Shown here in pieces: positions 36,837 to 51,556 of a stretch of 64,000 nucleotides of DNA. The notes beneath the pieces are model-generated. The model did no database searches. It saw only the letters and a list, made by a program, of their open reading frames with translations, and was not told the origin of the DNA. Made by a program: the position numbers and the translations under genes. Origin of the DNA: Octopus sinensis (taxonomy: Eukaryota); the NCBI RefSeq assembly GCF_006345805.1, contig NC_043004.1, positions 50,034,001-50,098,000 on the forward strand, read 5' to 3'. Every line of letters starts with the position of its first letter. The first letter of the stretch is position 1.

Positions 36837-37884
36837 GTATGTATGTATTGAAGAAATGTTCTAGTGATGATGTGGTAACAAGAGGTAAAAGTTATTTAAG
36901 ACACTATAAAACATGAATAAATTAATTCGGGTTAGGAATATATATAGCGCGTCGTCTATGTATACATATCAGTGTGTGTGCGTTTGTATTATTTCTCTGG
37001 CAATGATTGATAACCGATGTTGGTTTGTTTATATCCTCTTAACTGAGCGGTTTGGCAGGAGTTGGCGATACAATAAGTATTTGGCTTTACAAAAATTTGC
37101 TCCAAGGTCAGTTTGTTCGAATAAACCCGTTAAAACAGTGCTACAGCATGCCCTTAGGAATAAGTAAAGATATATGTGTGTGTACACATAAATGTGTGCA
37201 TGAATATATATATATACATACATACATACAATACATACATACATACATACTATATATATATATATATATATATATTAAGGTATGTAGAAAAATACAACAT
37301 GGACAAGAACGTATAACTCCTAGAAGACGACACAACAAACATGGACAGGACATTCGAACCCCTCAGTCTTCATCAAGAAGATCATCGTATAATTTATGAT
37401 TATCTTGAGATACTAGATCACGGCCAGCCCTCCAAGAAAGACTAAGCAACGAGCATTGAAAAACTAAATGGAAGCGTAGATTTCCTGAAGAAGGATCGAA
37501 TGCATACGAACACCAGGACAGCAAGAGGGACAGATATAAAAAAAAACAAAAAACAATAATGGAATACAGAAACATGAAATACAGAAGCATTAACGGTATG
37601 CATACATACACACGCACACATTTATCCACGCATGTATGTATGTATCAATAGAAATCCGAAAGAGTTTTGGATTGTCTATGGTATTTGGTCAACTTTGCCT
37701 TTCATCTTTTTGATGCTGATAATATACAATATCAGTCAAGTACTGGCGTAGATAGTATTGATGAAACCCCTTCTAAAAAATCGAAAACTGCTGGCCCTGT
37801 GTCTAAATTACAAGCCAGTATCATCATCATCCTCATCATCATCATCATCATCATCATTATTATTATTATTATTATTACTATTAA

Positions 37885-39030
37885 ATGCTCAGCGGCTTTT
37901 CATCCGTTTTTACGTTCTAAGTTCAAATCCCGCCGAGGTCGACTTTGTTGTTCATCCTTTTGGGATTTCTAAATTAAGTCCCTGTGAAAGACTGGGGTCG
38001 ATGTAATCTACTAGTTCCTTCCCACCAAATTTCAGGCCTTGTGCCTTTAGTAGAAAGGATTCCAAAGGCGATTAAGGTGGCGAGCTAGCAGAATCGTTAG
38101 CACGCTGGTCAAAGTGCTTAGCGGCATTTCGTCCGTCCTTGTGTTCTGGATTCACCCTTTTCATTTCGTCACATTTCTATGCGTTTTGAGTTCAAATCCT
38201 GACAAAGTTCACTTTGCTTTTAATCTTTCAATGGTTTGTAAAATAAGCAAGTACCAGTCGGCTGTTGGAATCGATTTAATCGTCTGTTGAAATCATGGTC
38301 TTGTTTTAAAGTCAGAAATCACTATTGTTGAGTCTGCTCTTCCCTAAAACGTATGGTTTTGTATCAACGTATGGTTTCGTATAAGAGACCATCAAGAATT
38401 GAGGGATCCAAAGCAAGACAATTGCTATATATTTCTAACTGTCGTAATTAAGTTTAACATGCCGACGGGTGGTACAATGGGTGAGAAGTGCTGAAACAAT
38501 GACAGGTCCCCTTTCTTTTTCGATGGACGAAGGAAATAAAATCTGAGTATAGCGAACAATTCTCTAAATAACAACAATAAAAATTTCTATATTAAAAACA
38601 TCGCAAAAGCAGTGTGCTGACAGAATCGTTAGAATGCCTCCGGCTTTAAGTTCTGAGTTCAAATTCCCCCGAGGTCAACTTTACCTTTCACCCTTTTGGG
38701 ATCGATAAAATAAGTACCAGTTGAGCACTGGGGTTGATGTAATCGACTTAACCGCCTCCACCCCGATATTGCTGGCCTTGTATCAAAATTTGAAACCTGT
38801 ATTAAAAACATTGTAAAAGTGGAAAGCATACAGATTCGTTAGAATGCTAAATGAAATGATCAGCTACATTTATCCCGGCCTTAAGTTCTCAGTTGAAATT
38901 CCGCCGAGCTCGTTTTTTTACTTTTCGGGATCAATAAAATAAAAAAACAGAGGCGCAAAGGAATCAGCTACTCTTCCCCACAAAATTTCAGACTCTATGC
39001 CTGAAGTTGAAGGAATATAAAGAACATTAC
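37885..39030 (+). mobile_element. Cluster of four diverged SINE family B copies
   Basis: Repeated GCAGAATCGTTAG / GAGTTCAAAT(T)CC / GAGGTC(G/A)ACTTT motifs at about 37885, 38072, 38610 and 38820. Confidence 0.75.
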
Positions 39031-39519
39031 GTCAGTAGCTGGTCATGGCTGGAATACTGTTGATCATAGATTAGCTTCATCAGAGCAAACCTGGTACTAT
39101 GCAACAATATTTATTTGACTGAACTAATCAGGGAGCCTCTGCATTCTCACTTCCACCCTGCTAGAAATATCAGTAAAACACCCTTCAAACGGTGGTCAAC
39201 AATCTTTAAAAAGATATGTCTGAAAAAAAAATACGACAGCATGATTGTTGCTAGGGCATTTTGATCATCGGCTTAGGTTGATCGGAAATGACTTGGGGGC
39301 TAAACAACAAAATTTATATGAACAATATTGACAATATTAAAAATAATATTACTGATAGTAATAGACAGCTGCAATACTGCAACAGTAGCAATAACAACAA
39401 CTGTGTTGTGTGGTGGTGATTCTGGCAACAAAAACAACACAGAACATCTAAGGTAATTAGACATTCGACTGCTGAAAAAATGGGAACACATCAGCTCACG
39501 CCGTATAGGAACTAAGCAT

Positions 39520-39900
<381 letters not shown>

Positions 39901-42833
39901 TATTGCAGCGGTTTTGAATATCATGAATCACTCGAATATTTACAGGTGTGTACCTGGCGAAATTCCTTTCCCTTTACTGGAATCTGATCTTCTAGGGCAG
40001 ACAGTGAACTCAAGAAACAGATATACTTGGACCAAAATATCATGGCCGATAGCTCTGTGCCTAACAATAACAACAAAAACGAACAATAACTGCAAAAACA
40101 ATCGTTACTCGAACATTAACAATTCTTCCCACTGGACAGCTTCTAGAGTCCCTGGTAGTGGTAAGGAGATAAGATCAAGTCCTCAATCTGCAGTGGAAAG
40201 GAACAAACTGGGCTCTCCTCTTCGATGGCAAAAAAGCCATGGAAAAGAAGCACCAACCTTAACTGAAGCGCCTCCTGTCGTTTAATATCAGCCAGCTATC
40301 TCAGCTCTGAACTCCAATGCTATGCCATGTGACACTACGTCATTATGTGATAATAAAACGTGAGGAGCAAAGAGAAAGAATAAATATGGAGGAAGACCAC
40401 AAGATGGAAGCTTCACGCACCGAAACCAGACCAAAAATTCTCCAAATGCCATTGCGTCTACTCATCCAGAACTTACTTGTGGTTTGGATGACGATGGTGC
40501 GGTAGGGATACTGCTTAAAAAGAAAGAAAATAAACTATCCTTCCGTTAATGGGAAAAAGGAATTCCTTCACAAAATGAAATACTTCGATACCACCACTCA
40601 AATATTTTTATGTATAACTGTCGCCATACTTTCCATTTCCGAAACACTGCACAGCAGTCAATAATAACAAATTCCTTTCCAGCAATAATTTACCAACATT
40701 CTTCAAATATCAACTACATTCCTATTAAATCAATGTATTTCGTAAATATAAAATGTCTCCATTTCCTCAGTATTAATAACAACAATATCTTATTTGTTAA
40801 TAAACCGTTTCTGTTTAAAAAATGTTTTTTCTGGCATAAATACCGTTTGTGACTTGATTTAGTTCTCTCGTAATTTCGTTAATGATGAATATTATTTTAT
40901 AAAATTTTGGAGGAATGTAATTTGATGGTGTACATGACGAATAATGTTGATAACTTTATTTGTTTTTACTCAGAAAGAAAAAGTCTATACCTTTACTAAC
41001 TATTCAAAAACTTTCTCATGATCATTGCACAAAGAAAAAGAAATGGATCTTCCTTGTTATCGATAATTAAAAACATGAAATTGAAAGGTACGGTATAAAA
41101 AAAAATTGCTTTTAGTTTTCTACGATGCAGATGGAAAAGGATTCAGGAATACTTTCGATTTGAATTGCAGAAGTTAAAATGTAAATTAAAAATAATTTTG
41201 CTTTGCGTCCCAATTTTAGTTGATAAATAATATCCAACAGTATAATGCAATATAGTTTTCGTGGCGGAGCGATCGGGTTATTTAATGGTTAAAAATATTA
41301 AAAGTATAATTTATTTTCTTAATGAAAAGCAAATTTTAAATTTTAAAAAATTTCAACCACATAATCGTCATTTACATCTTCAAAATCAAAGTTTTTGAAA
41401 CATTGTTTTTGAAACAGCGAATAGTATTCGTAAATATATGAAATTTCATGGACAGAGTAATTCGTTTTCACACCGATTTAATTGATTATACTTGGAAAAA
41501 CCATAAACAATTTTTTTTCAAATTATGTATGGTGTCCAAACAATGATTTTTCCAAGCCCTTTGGGTGAATTCATACGAAGACAGTGACACGAAAACGATG
41601 TGGAAAAAAGGTACTAGTCAAACCAAAATATTCGAAAATTTTTGCTATTACGATGTTATCAAGGTAACCCAAAGCAGGTTGAGTTCAAAGCAAACTGAAA
41701 TAATATCTATAATACATGAACATATACAAAAAGAAAGTTAAGAATACAAAAATTATGCTGATTAGATTATAAGAAAAACAATTATTATGAGGGTGCTATT
41801 TACTATTGAAATATTTAAATGTTTTTCTTTTTATACTTATGGGAACATTTCAACGTAGGACTGGTTCTACAATTTAGTAATTTTAATTTTGAACAAATAT
41901 ATATAGTACATTTCCTCTAGACAAAGATCTCATTTAAAATTACCGGTATTGTACAATGGAATGTAATTAATAATGGACCACTTGCACATAATAAATTCAG
42001 ACATATAATGTAAAAACATCACTATACACAAAACCCAATATCAATTCCAAGTGCTAAAATATGTGCATATATGCGTATGTGTGTTTGTATGTGTGTGCGC
42101 ATATGTATGTATATATAAGTATAGCGTCCCATGATTCCACTCACAAGAATTGGTCAATCTGATCTACGAGTGAAGATATTTATTCAAAGTGCAGTGGGAT
42201 CAATCTAGATCAACGTAATTCAGGAACGAACGTTTTAGTCATTCAACAATACAGGCATTCAATCAACACCACCATTTGACCATTAGGATTCCTTTGGATG
42301 AATTTACTTTGCTATAATCTCTCAAAGGATACAGCAGCAGCAGCCTATAAGTCGTCGAATTTTTCTCGAGTTCCGCCTACCTGTCTCAGAATCTCTGCAA
42401 AAATGTCATAAAAATGACATAAAAATAAATACATCGATTTCGGTGGTAATTACACTTAGAACCCGAATGGGTATCAGTGATTAGCACCAAAGAATTTTTT
42501 CCAACGCTCTTCAGATTCTATCAATTAATTGCCTTCAATTTTACAATGCATAATAATAGGACACACAAGTATATATTTTGAGTGAGGAGTATAATATAAT
42601 CAAATTCACCCTTTCGTTGTGCTTGATTAATTCTTTTTTTAACAATCTTATAAATATGAAAATAAATTTAACTCCACATACTATGATTTTCCCCAGAAAG
42701 CCAAACGGCAGAACTAAATACAGTTACACAGTATTTTGTCCACTACACTGAAGGTTCTAGTATCCACCATTCTAACAATAATAGAAAATGTTAACGTTGG
42801 CACTCATTAAATATTTAGAGTGAGTGTCTACAC

Positions 42834-43489
42834 CACTGGTTCTCAACTGGGGTCCTTATAGTCCTTGAGAGTCCATATCATATTTCGTTGTTTATGTGCA
42901 GTCAATTGGTTCGACTCCTCCAATTCACAAAATATTTTAACAATTTTTTATATAGGCGCAGGAGTGGCTGTGTGGTAAGTAGCTTGCTAACCAACCACAT
43001 GGTTCCGGGTTCAGTCCCACTGCGTGGCATCTTGGGCAAGTGTCTTCTGCTATAGCCCCGGGCCGGCCAAAGCCTTGTGAGTGGATTTGGTAGACGGAAA
43101 CTGAAAGAATCCTGTCGTATATATGTATATATATATGTGTGTGTATGTGTGTGTTTGCCCCCCTAGCATTGCTTGACAACCGATGCTGGTGTGTTTACGT
43201 CCCCGTCACTTAGCGGTTCGGCAAAAGAGACCGATAGAATAAGTACTGGGCTTACAATGAATAAGTCCCGGGGTCGATTTGCTCGACTAAAGGTGGTGCT
43301 CCAGCATGGCCGCAGTCAAATGACTGAAACAAGTAAAAGAATAAAAGAAAGAATAAAAGAATTCCCAATGATATAAAATTATAAAAATATAATAGGATTT
43401 TTTTTTAATATTGAAAGGCTATGAGGGTCCAGCAGAGCAAAATAGGTATCAAAGGAGGTCCACAAGCAAAAAATGGTTGAGAACCACTG
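42834..43489. mobile_element. hAT (Charlie-like) MITE with nested SINE family A (42954-43361)
   Basis: Ends CACTGGTTCTCAAC / GTTGAGAACCACTG. Flanks GTCTACAC and GGCTAGAC match 6/8 and both are close to the Charlie target NTCTAGAN. Confidence 0.75.
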
Positions 43490-44124
43490 GGCTAGACGAT
43501 CAATGAATTAGCGGCACACTAAACAACGATGATTAAAATATAGGTGTGCACAATTAAATTTAACACGTACATGTACATTCAAATGTAGAAAGACCTCTGC
43601 TGCGAATATTGTCTCTGAAGAGAAATTCTTCCTATGGGCAATGTGTGTGAAAGCACTTCACCGAATTATGAATAACATCACCGAATGTGTTTTTTGCGTT
43701 GTTATGTCTCATCAGCTCTGGGTATCGAAACCATCGTTCATAACCCATTAAGAACTGCTGTTTATATATCTAAATACCAAATCATAAATTTGCTGATGCG
43801 TGTATAGCCTTGAAATTAATCAGCTAAAGTCTCACTCAACGGTGCCAATTGAAATATTGGTGTGAAATATAGGTGTGTAGAATCAGTAGAATAACGGACC
43901 AAATACTTGCGGGGTGGGTCCCATCTTAGACGATGTCCTTTCATGTACTGATTAATGTTTTTCACAATTTCGACTTGGTATTGTAATCTTTTTCCGGGTA
44001 GATAAAATAAATACCAATGAAATACTGGAGACCACTATACCATCTTCAACCAAAATGTACTTGCTTCAGTGTTGTAAATCATTACCATCATCATCATCAT
44101 CAACATCATCATCATTACTAATCG

Positions 44125-44355
44125 GGCAGCAAGCTGGCAGAATCGTTAGCACACCGGCCGAAGTGCATAACGGTATTTCGTCTGCCGCTACGTTCTGAGT
44201 TCAAATTCCGACAAGGTCGACTTTGCTTTTCATCCTTTCGGGATCGATTAAATAAGTACCAGTTGAGTACTAGGGTCAATGTAATCTACTCAGCCCCCAC
44301 CCCCCAAATGTTGTTCTTGTGGCAAAATTTGAAACCATTAATATTATCATCATCA

Positions 44356-44411
<56 letters not shown>

Positions 44412-44630
44412 AAAATAACTATTAAGCTGGCGAGCTGGTAAAGCCGCTAGAGCGTCGGACAAAATGCCTGACGGATTTTCTCTTGGTTTTACGTTCGAAA
44501 ATCAAATGCCACCGAGGTCAACTTTGCCTTTCATCCTTTCAGGGTTGGTAAAATAAAATACTAGTCAAGTACTGGGGGTCGATGTAACCCCGCCACTCAG
44601 AATTGCTGGCGTTGAAGCAAAATTAGAAAG
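44125..44630 (+). mobile_element. Two SINE family B copies separated by (ATT)n
   Basis: GGCAGCAAGCTGGCAGAATCGTTAGCAC at about 44125 and GGCGAGCTGGTAAAGCCG at about 44430. Confidence 0.85.
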
Positions 44631-44707
44631 AATTACAAGAAAAAATTAGTATTAAAATTATCTCGAATATAATTATATAAAATTATTTTACATTATATTT
44701 AACGTAC

Positions 44708-45097
44708 CTGATGTTGAAGGGCGATGGCCATGTCGTGGATCCATTTAAAGTTCTCATGATTCGGATTGAATCCAGGAATAATAACTTTTGTTGGGAATCT
44801 ATATTTGAAATGATTCCTACGGGATCGATTTGAATCGATTCTGAGAGGTTTCCTTTTAATGGAATACGGTGAATATATCCAAAACCGAGTACCAATGAGA
44901 AAGGGACTATCAGGTAGAAGATAAGTGTTGTTATAAGGGTAGATGATTGAAAAACATCCAAGTGTGCGGAAGCACCGCTTTTTTATGTGGGTGCTGTAAT
45001 GAGGGTAAGTGAATGCCACTGAAATGAGAAAAGATAAAAGAAAAGAATAAGAATTGAATATGGATGGTGGTAGATATTTAGCAGTATATTTCGGCAT
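44708..45097 (-). CDS. Lipase exon 1 (130 aa): putative signal peptide + N-terminal catalytic domain
   Basis: ATG at 45097-45095. MPKYTAKYLPPSIFNSYSFLLSFLISVAFT has a hydrophobic stretch, followed by CFRTLGCFS, LPDSP, TKVIIPGF and WIHDMAIALQHQ. Donor CAG|GTACGT, phase 0. Confidence 0.9.
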
Positions 45098-45436
45098 CAA
45101 ACTTTTATAGAAATTCGTTTTATTATAAATAATTGATTTTTTTTTTTTTTTGGAAGACTCATGTATGTATATTACACGATCTGTTAGAAATGTATGTGTA
45201 ATCACATGACCTGTTAGAAATAAACTAAATCCATCTTAAATCACATTCTATCGCCGTTAGAAAGGCGGAACACTATGGATGATCTAGTTTTTGGTGCACT
45301 CTACCTAAAAAAGGAAACAGAATGAAACACTTTTTATCATAGGTTTGCTTTGTCACAGGTGGTCTTTAATTAAGCAGCAACATTTTACACACACACACAC
45401 ACACGCACACACACACACATACACACACACACACAT

Positions 45437-45488
<52 letters not shown>

Positions 45489-45760
45489 ACACACACACCT
45501 TGCAGTATGCTATGCTAAGATCGCCCACAGTTATTGACTGCCGGGTGTCGCCATACAATAGGAATGCTCTTATTACTAGCAATACATCAGGAATTCCACA
45601 GCATCTGTAGAGTTTGTACAAAATGATAACAGAGAATGTGTGATAGTGATTACACAATATGTTACTTATATCATCTCACTAACGTACGAGCGGTGTAACG
45701 ATGTGTGGAAACAATTGTAATGATTTTGAATTAAGAATGTCGTTCAATTCATTATTCATC

Positions 45761-45809
<49 letters not shown>

Positions 45810-45928
45810 TATATATATATATATATTATATATATATATATATAGGGAGAGTTCACGAACAAGACAAAAGACGAAGACAGGTGGTGTACAAAACAAACAG
45901 ATATAACGCTCAGGAATAGAAAAAATGT

Positions 45929-45964
45929 CTTTTACGTTTCGAGCTTACGCTCTTCTACAGAAAG
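45929..45964 (-). ncRNA. Minimal hammerhead-like motif with A6U core
   Basis: Minus strand CTTT-CTGTAGA-A-GAGC GTAA GCTC-GAAA-CG-TA-AAAG. Stem I is 4 bp, stem II is 4 bp, and the stem III loop is CG (palindromic). Confidence 0.5.
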
Positions 45965-46004
45965 GAACACAGAAAAAAAACAAGGATATATATATATTCT
46001 TTTA

Positions 46005-46185
46005 TTCTTTTACTTGTTTCAGTCCTTTGGAGCACCGCCTATACTCGAACAAATCGACCCCAGGACTTATTTTGTGTAAGCCTAGTACTTATTCTACTGG
46101 TCTCTTTTGCCGAATCACTAAGTACAGGGACGTAAGTACACCAACATCGGTTGTCAAGCGATGGTGGAAGGGCAAACACAAACAC
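46005..46185 (-). mobile_element. SINE family A 3' fragment
   Basis: TTTTACTTGTTTCAG...GGAGCACCGCC...CATCGGTTGTCAAGCGATG. Confidence 0.8.
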
Positions 46186-46329
46186 ACAAATGCACACACA
46201 CACATACACACACACACTCACACACACACACACACATACATATACACATACATACATATATGTGCATATATATATATAAAATCTTAGCTATTAACGATAT
46301 CTATCTATCCATCTTGAACACTTGGAAAG

Positions 46330-46960
46330 TTTACCGGTCATGAACGAACTGGACAACCCCCCCCCCCCCAGCCGTAGAGAAATTAGAAAAAGCACTCGAC
46401 TCACTACCAACCGGAAAACCGCTTGGACTGGATGGGATACCAGCTGAAGTTATCACGTGTTCGAAAGAAGACATCCTACACCAACTCCCCCATATCGTGT
46501 GTCATTGCTGGGTGGAAGGGGAGATACTCAATGGTATGAAAGACAGTAAAATTGTCACGTTGTATAAAACCAAAGGAAGCAGGAATCACTGTGACGGCTA
46601 TAGAGGCATATCACAGCTCAATGTCATCGAGAAGGCATTTGCTCGCGTGACTCTCGACCGAGTTCGGAAACTTGTAGAAAGGATCTATCCAGAATCTCAA
46701 AGTGGTATCAGCTCCAGACGATCCACGATGGATATGATTTTCTCCCTTCGGCATTTACAAGAGAAATGCAGGGAACAGAACCAACCCTTCTACAGAACCA
46801 CCCTCTCTACGTTAGCTTGACGAAGGCGTTTGACACGGTGAGTAGGAATGGGTTGTTCCAAGTTCTTGGGAATATTGGGTGTCCTCCTCGACTGCTCCAC
46901 ATCCTTGAGTCATTCCATCTGTACATAAAGGCTACAGTACAATTCAACGAAGGGACCTAA
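46330..46960 (+). mobile_element. RTE-clade LINE RT fragment
   Basis: GLDGIPAEV, KIVTLYK.KG....C..YRGIS.L, YPESQSG....RST.DMIFSLR.LQEKCREQNQP, DLTKAFDTVSR-like motif, GCPPRL. Confidence 0.88.
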
Positions 46961-46987
46961 TAGTTGGATATTGGTACAAGAAACTGA

Positions 46988-47218
46988 AGGCGGCGAACTG
47001 ACAGAAACGTTAGCACGCCGGGTGAAATGCTTAGCGGTATTTCGTCTGTCGTTACGCTCTGAGTTCAAATTCCGCCAAGGTCGACTTTGCTTTTCATCCT
47101 TTCGGGGTCGATAAATAAAGTACCAGTTTCACACTGGGGTCGATGTATTCGACTTAATCCCTCTATCTGTCTTTGTTTGTCCCCTCTATGTTTAACCCCT
47201 TGTGGGTAGTAAAGAAAT
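46988..47218 (+). mobile_element. SINE family B (long-tail subfamily) with 20-bp TSD
   Basis: ATATTGGTACAAGAAACTGA at 46968-46987 and 47219-47238. Confidence 0.9.
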
Positions 47219-47289
47219 ATATTGGTACAAGAAACTGACGTTTTATTGTAAGCAATTGATATGCATGTTCAAAAGGACTATGGAAGGTC

Positions 47290-48720
47290 AGATTGATATA
47301 TCACATTGGTTTGCTACAGCAAAGGACAAATCTTATTACCAACAATGAAATCACCGAGATAGCAGGAAACTACAGGCCCATTGCTTGCCTAAACATTATG
47401 TACAAACAGTAGACAAGACGCTTCAACCAATTCCTCCAGGACCATTATGAGTCGAACAACATTGTGACTGATGAACAGGTTGGTGGAAAGAAGAGAGTGT
47501 GGGGATGTGCCGAACAACTTTTAATGAACAAAGTTGTACTGTCTGAAGTAAGAAAACAACATAGAAACCTTGTGACAGTATGGCTTGACTATAAGAAGGC
47601 ATTCGACTCTATCCCTCATTCATGGCTGTTGAAGTGCCTACATCTGGCAAAGGTACCTACTGCCTTAATTGCTGCTATAGAGAGACTCAGAAAGGCATGG
47701 ACAACTATTCTTACCCTTACTACTGAGAACAGAATAATTGTTTCTAATAGTATAAGAATTACAATGGGAATATTCCAAGGAGATAGTCTTCCTGTACTTC
47801 TTTTCATTTTGGCATTGAATCCATTGTCGTTCCTACTGCAGGAAACAAATGGTTACAGGCTAGGATCTTCAACTGCCAGAAATATCAATGTAACTCATAA
47901 TTTCTTTGTACATGACCTGAAGATTTATGCTAAAAGTGTTAATAATGAAAAAAAAACTGGAATTAATAACAATGTTTTCATCTGATATAGGCATGGATTT
48001 TGGCCAAAAGAAACGTTCGTATTTGGTTATAGAACGAGCAAAGTCAGTCCCCACAAACCAAAATCCGTACATCAACAGTCTGTCTATCTTCCCCTTCCAC
48101 ACAAAGAATGTTACAAGTACCTAGGCATAGACATAAATGTATCATATGAAGGCACTGTGAATAAAGATAGAGTGACCCGAGAATATTACAGCAGACTTAG
48201 GAAAATATGGTAGTCGGAACTCTCCTCTTACAACAAAACAATATCCCACAATGCTTTCGCAGTACATTTGGGATACTTGATTGGTCTGTAGAGAAAATCC
48301 ACTCCATAGATATCAAAACCCGCAAAATCCTGACAACAACTGGGAACTTCCACAGAAACAGTGATGCTGACAGGCTCCGCCTAAGAAGAAATGAAGGTGG
48401 TTGAGGCCTGAGATCAGTGCAGACGGCCTTCGAACGTCGTATGGTATCACTCAGACAGCACCTGCTAAACAACAGCAGTGAAGATAAATATATTTATGCA
48501 GCCCTGAAACGTGAAGTGAGCAACATTGTACGAGTTGGCAATGAACTCCTCAAGAAACACTCTTTTCCAGATGATCTCCTATACAGCCCCAAAATAGCTG
48601 GGCTCTCTTACCTCAGAGATGACCTGAATGGAAAGCACTCAGCATACAAAAGAATACCACGCATGAGTGGTGTTATCAGCATGAAATCGTCCGATGACGA
48701 GGCTATGATATTAAATTAAT
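47290..48720 (+). mobile_element. R4/Dong-type LINE RT fragment, frameshifted
   Basis: NYRPIACLNIMYK, WLDYKKAFDSIPHSWL, GIFQGDSL..LLF.LALNPLS, HNFFVHDLKIYA, YKYLG, SDADRLRL.R.EGG.GL. Followed by (TAA)n. Confidence 0.88.
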
Positions 48721-48726
48721 AATAAT

Positions 48727-49080
48727 AATCCTTTCTACTATAGGCACATGGCTTGACATTTTGGGGGAGGGGACCGGTCGATTAGACAGACCCAGTATGC
48801 AACTGGTACTTAATTTATCGATCTCGAAAAGATGAAAGCAAAGTCGACCTCGACGAAATTTGAACTCAACGCAGCGATGGTCGAAATACTGCTAAGCATT
48901 TCATCCAGCGTGGTAACGATTCTGTCATCTCGCCGCCTTAATAATAATGATAATAATAATCATTTCTACTGGAAGCTCAAGGCCTCAAATTTGAGGGAAG
49001 GGATTAAGTCGATTATATCGACCCCAGTGCGTAACTGGTACTTATTTAATCGACCCCGAAAAGATAGACGGCAAAGTCTT
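48727..49080 (-). mobile_element. Two SINE family B copies in (TAA)n context
   Basis: Copies at about 48727-48940 and 48960-49080. Confidence 0.8.
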
Positions 49081-49150
49081 CTTGTTGTCTCTTGAGGTCT
49101 CTGGGTGAGACTTGGAGCCAGCTTGTGCAAATGTAAAGTAAAAGTCAAAC

Positions 49151-49268
<118 letters not shown>

Positions 49269-49352
49269 GCCATCTATTACTTAATATATGTTTGCTTGTT
49301 TTTTTTTCTGATTCGTGAAAACATATTGAACAACTCTCTCTCTCTCTCTCTT

Positions 49353-49401
<49 letters not shown>

Positions 49402-49402
49402 A

Positions 49403-49453
<51 letters not shown>

Positions 49454-49825
49454 CACACATACACGCACTCATATGTATATTAGTACACAAATACATACAT
49501 GCACCTGTGCACATGTTTCCTTTCTGGTTTCTACCTATAAATATTAAACCGAAACAACTGAGACACTCCCTCTGCATAAGCAACACATCCTGTAGCATTA
49601 TTTAAGAGCTAAAGTTGAATAACTACAAAGAAATGCAAATTTAAAGCCGGTATGTTTGTCTTGTTATGAATTATAAATCTCGCTGCGCAATCTAAATTGT
49701 TTCGCAGTCGGCTCTTAATTGAAACGAATTGTATGTATGTCGATATTAAATTTCGGATAATCCAATTAACGATGTGTTGTGAATGTTTAATTCACAACGA
49801 TGTGGTTAAATGAGGTAGTAATAGA

Positions 49826-50190
49826 GGTGTGGAAGCGTGGGTAAGAAGCTAGGTTTCTAACCATAATGTTTCAGGTTCAATCTAACAGTGCGACACCTTG
49901 GGTGTCTTCTACTATTGCCCCCGGGCCGACCTAAGCTTTGTGAGTGGATTTGGTAGACGGAAACTGAATGAAGCCCATCGAATGTGTGTGTGTTGTTGTT
50001 TTTGTTATCCTATCACCGCTTGACAACCGGTATTGGTTTGTTTACGTCCTCGTAGCTCAGCGGTTCGATAAGAGAGACGGTAGAATAAGTACCAGATTTA
50101 GAAACAAAGTAGTGGCGTCGATTTTTTCGTTTAAACAGTTCAAGGCTGTGTACCAACATGGTCGCCTTGCAATGACTGAAACAAGTAAAA
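49826..50190 (+). mobile_element. Diverged SINE family A
   Basis: GACACCTTGGG...GTGAGTGGATTTGGTAGACGGAAACTGAA...GACTGAAACAAGTAAA. Confidence 0.75.
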
Positions 50191-51033
50191 CAAGAAAAAA
50201 GAAAAACAAGTTGCTAATCTCTTCATTAATCTATTCGCTGGCCAATTCTTTTTATTTTCATTTCGTTCGTCAAACTAGATTAAGTTGTGAATATTGCTAA
50301 AGCATTCATTCTACTTCGGTTGTAAACGAATACCTAAAATCTTCCCATTATCCTCACCCTCGTCCCCTCCCACACCACCAACACCGCCAACACCACTATC
50401 ACCACCACACGTAACAAGAAAATCTGTTGAAGAAATTAATATTCGTGAGGCTGCGTTTTCAAGGTTTTGTCGGTTGCATCCATCGTTGTCATTGTTGTCC
50501 TGCCACATCTATCAGGGGGAAAATCACACCACCAGACATTTTGAATAATGTCAATCCTCATTATTGAGAGAAACATAATCTGATAAAGATGATTATAATC
50601 CTAATCTCTTTGAGAAATAGTTGGTCACCAAGGTGGCGAACTGACAGAATGGTTAGTGCTTCCGATTACCACTGTACTCCAAGCTCAAATCCTGCGAGCA
50701 CAGCTTTGCTTTTCAGAGTCGATAAAATGGTACCAATCAAGCGGGCTGAATTAATTGACTGAATTGTTACAGTATTGGATAGAATTACTCGCGAGATTTG
50801 TTCCGACTATCTGCGTTCTGAGTTCAAATTCCGCCCAGTCCACTTTGCCTTGGATTGATAAAAATGTATCAATTCAAGGCAGTGGATTGACGGACATGTA
50901 AGAACGTCCGATAGGATACCTTATTCCATCTCTTTGCGTTCTGAGTTCAAATCTCGCCATGACCTGTTGTTTGGCTTAAAAACCCAACACCTGCTTACTT
51001 AGGTGTGTGTGTGTGTGTATGCATGCGTGCGTG

Positions 51034-51104
<71 letters not shown>

Positions 51105-51525
51105 CTGTGTGCGTGTGTGTGCGTGTGTGTGTGTGTTACCCGTAGCTTTGAGGATTATTTCCTCTTTCGCTCCCTTCCACCAGTCACTGAAGCACTTCCT
51201 TCCTGGTTAAAAGGTAAAATAACTGGCAGAAATCTTCCTCGGTAAAAGTTATATTGTGGAACTTATGTTTGAATAAGATTGTGTGCCGTGTAGAGAAGAT
51301 GAATTTGATAAACTTGTATGTCATGGGGAAGAGTAAAACTTATGGGCTGCCGTCTAGTTTAACTGAAAAATTGTTCCCCCCCTCTCTCTCTCTCTCCTAC
51401 ACTGTCACAAACACACACATATACATGTGTGTGCGTGTTTATTTTTGATGAAGGGGCAGATATCCGAAACCTCCAATTGGTTTCGTAAAGGCATCTATAG
51501 ATATCTATAAAGCCGTACAGGTTAA

Positions 51526-51556
<31 letters not shown>

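Noticed and set aside
39914-40505. Non-repetitive ORFs (123 aa, 62 aa) with possible AG/GT sites at 39946 and 40160 on the plus strand
   Set aside because: No recognisable motif in any of six frames and no partner exons found. BLASTX and RNA-seq would be needed.
45103-45109. TATAAAA on the minus strand just upstream of the lipase ATG as a TATA box
   Set aside because: It is only a few bases from the start codon, which is too close for a core promoter, and the sequence is very AT-rich. The transcription start cannot be placed.
50294-50548. Pro-rich / Gly-rich ORFs on both strands
   Set aside because: They arise from a low-complexity CCA/ACC tract and have no domain signature.
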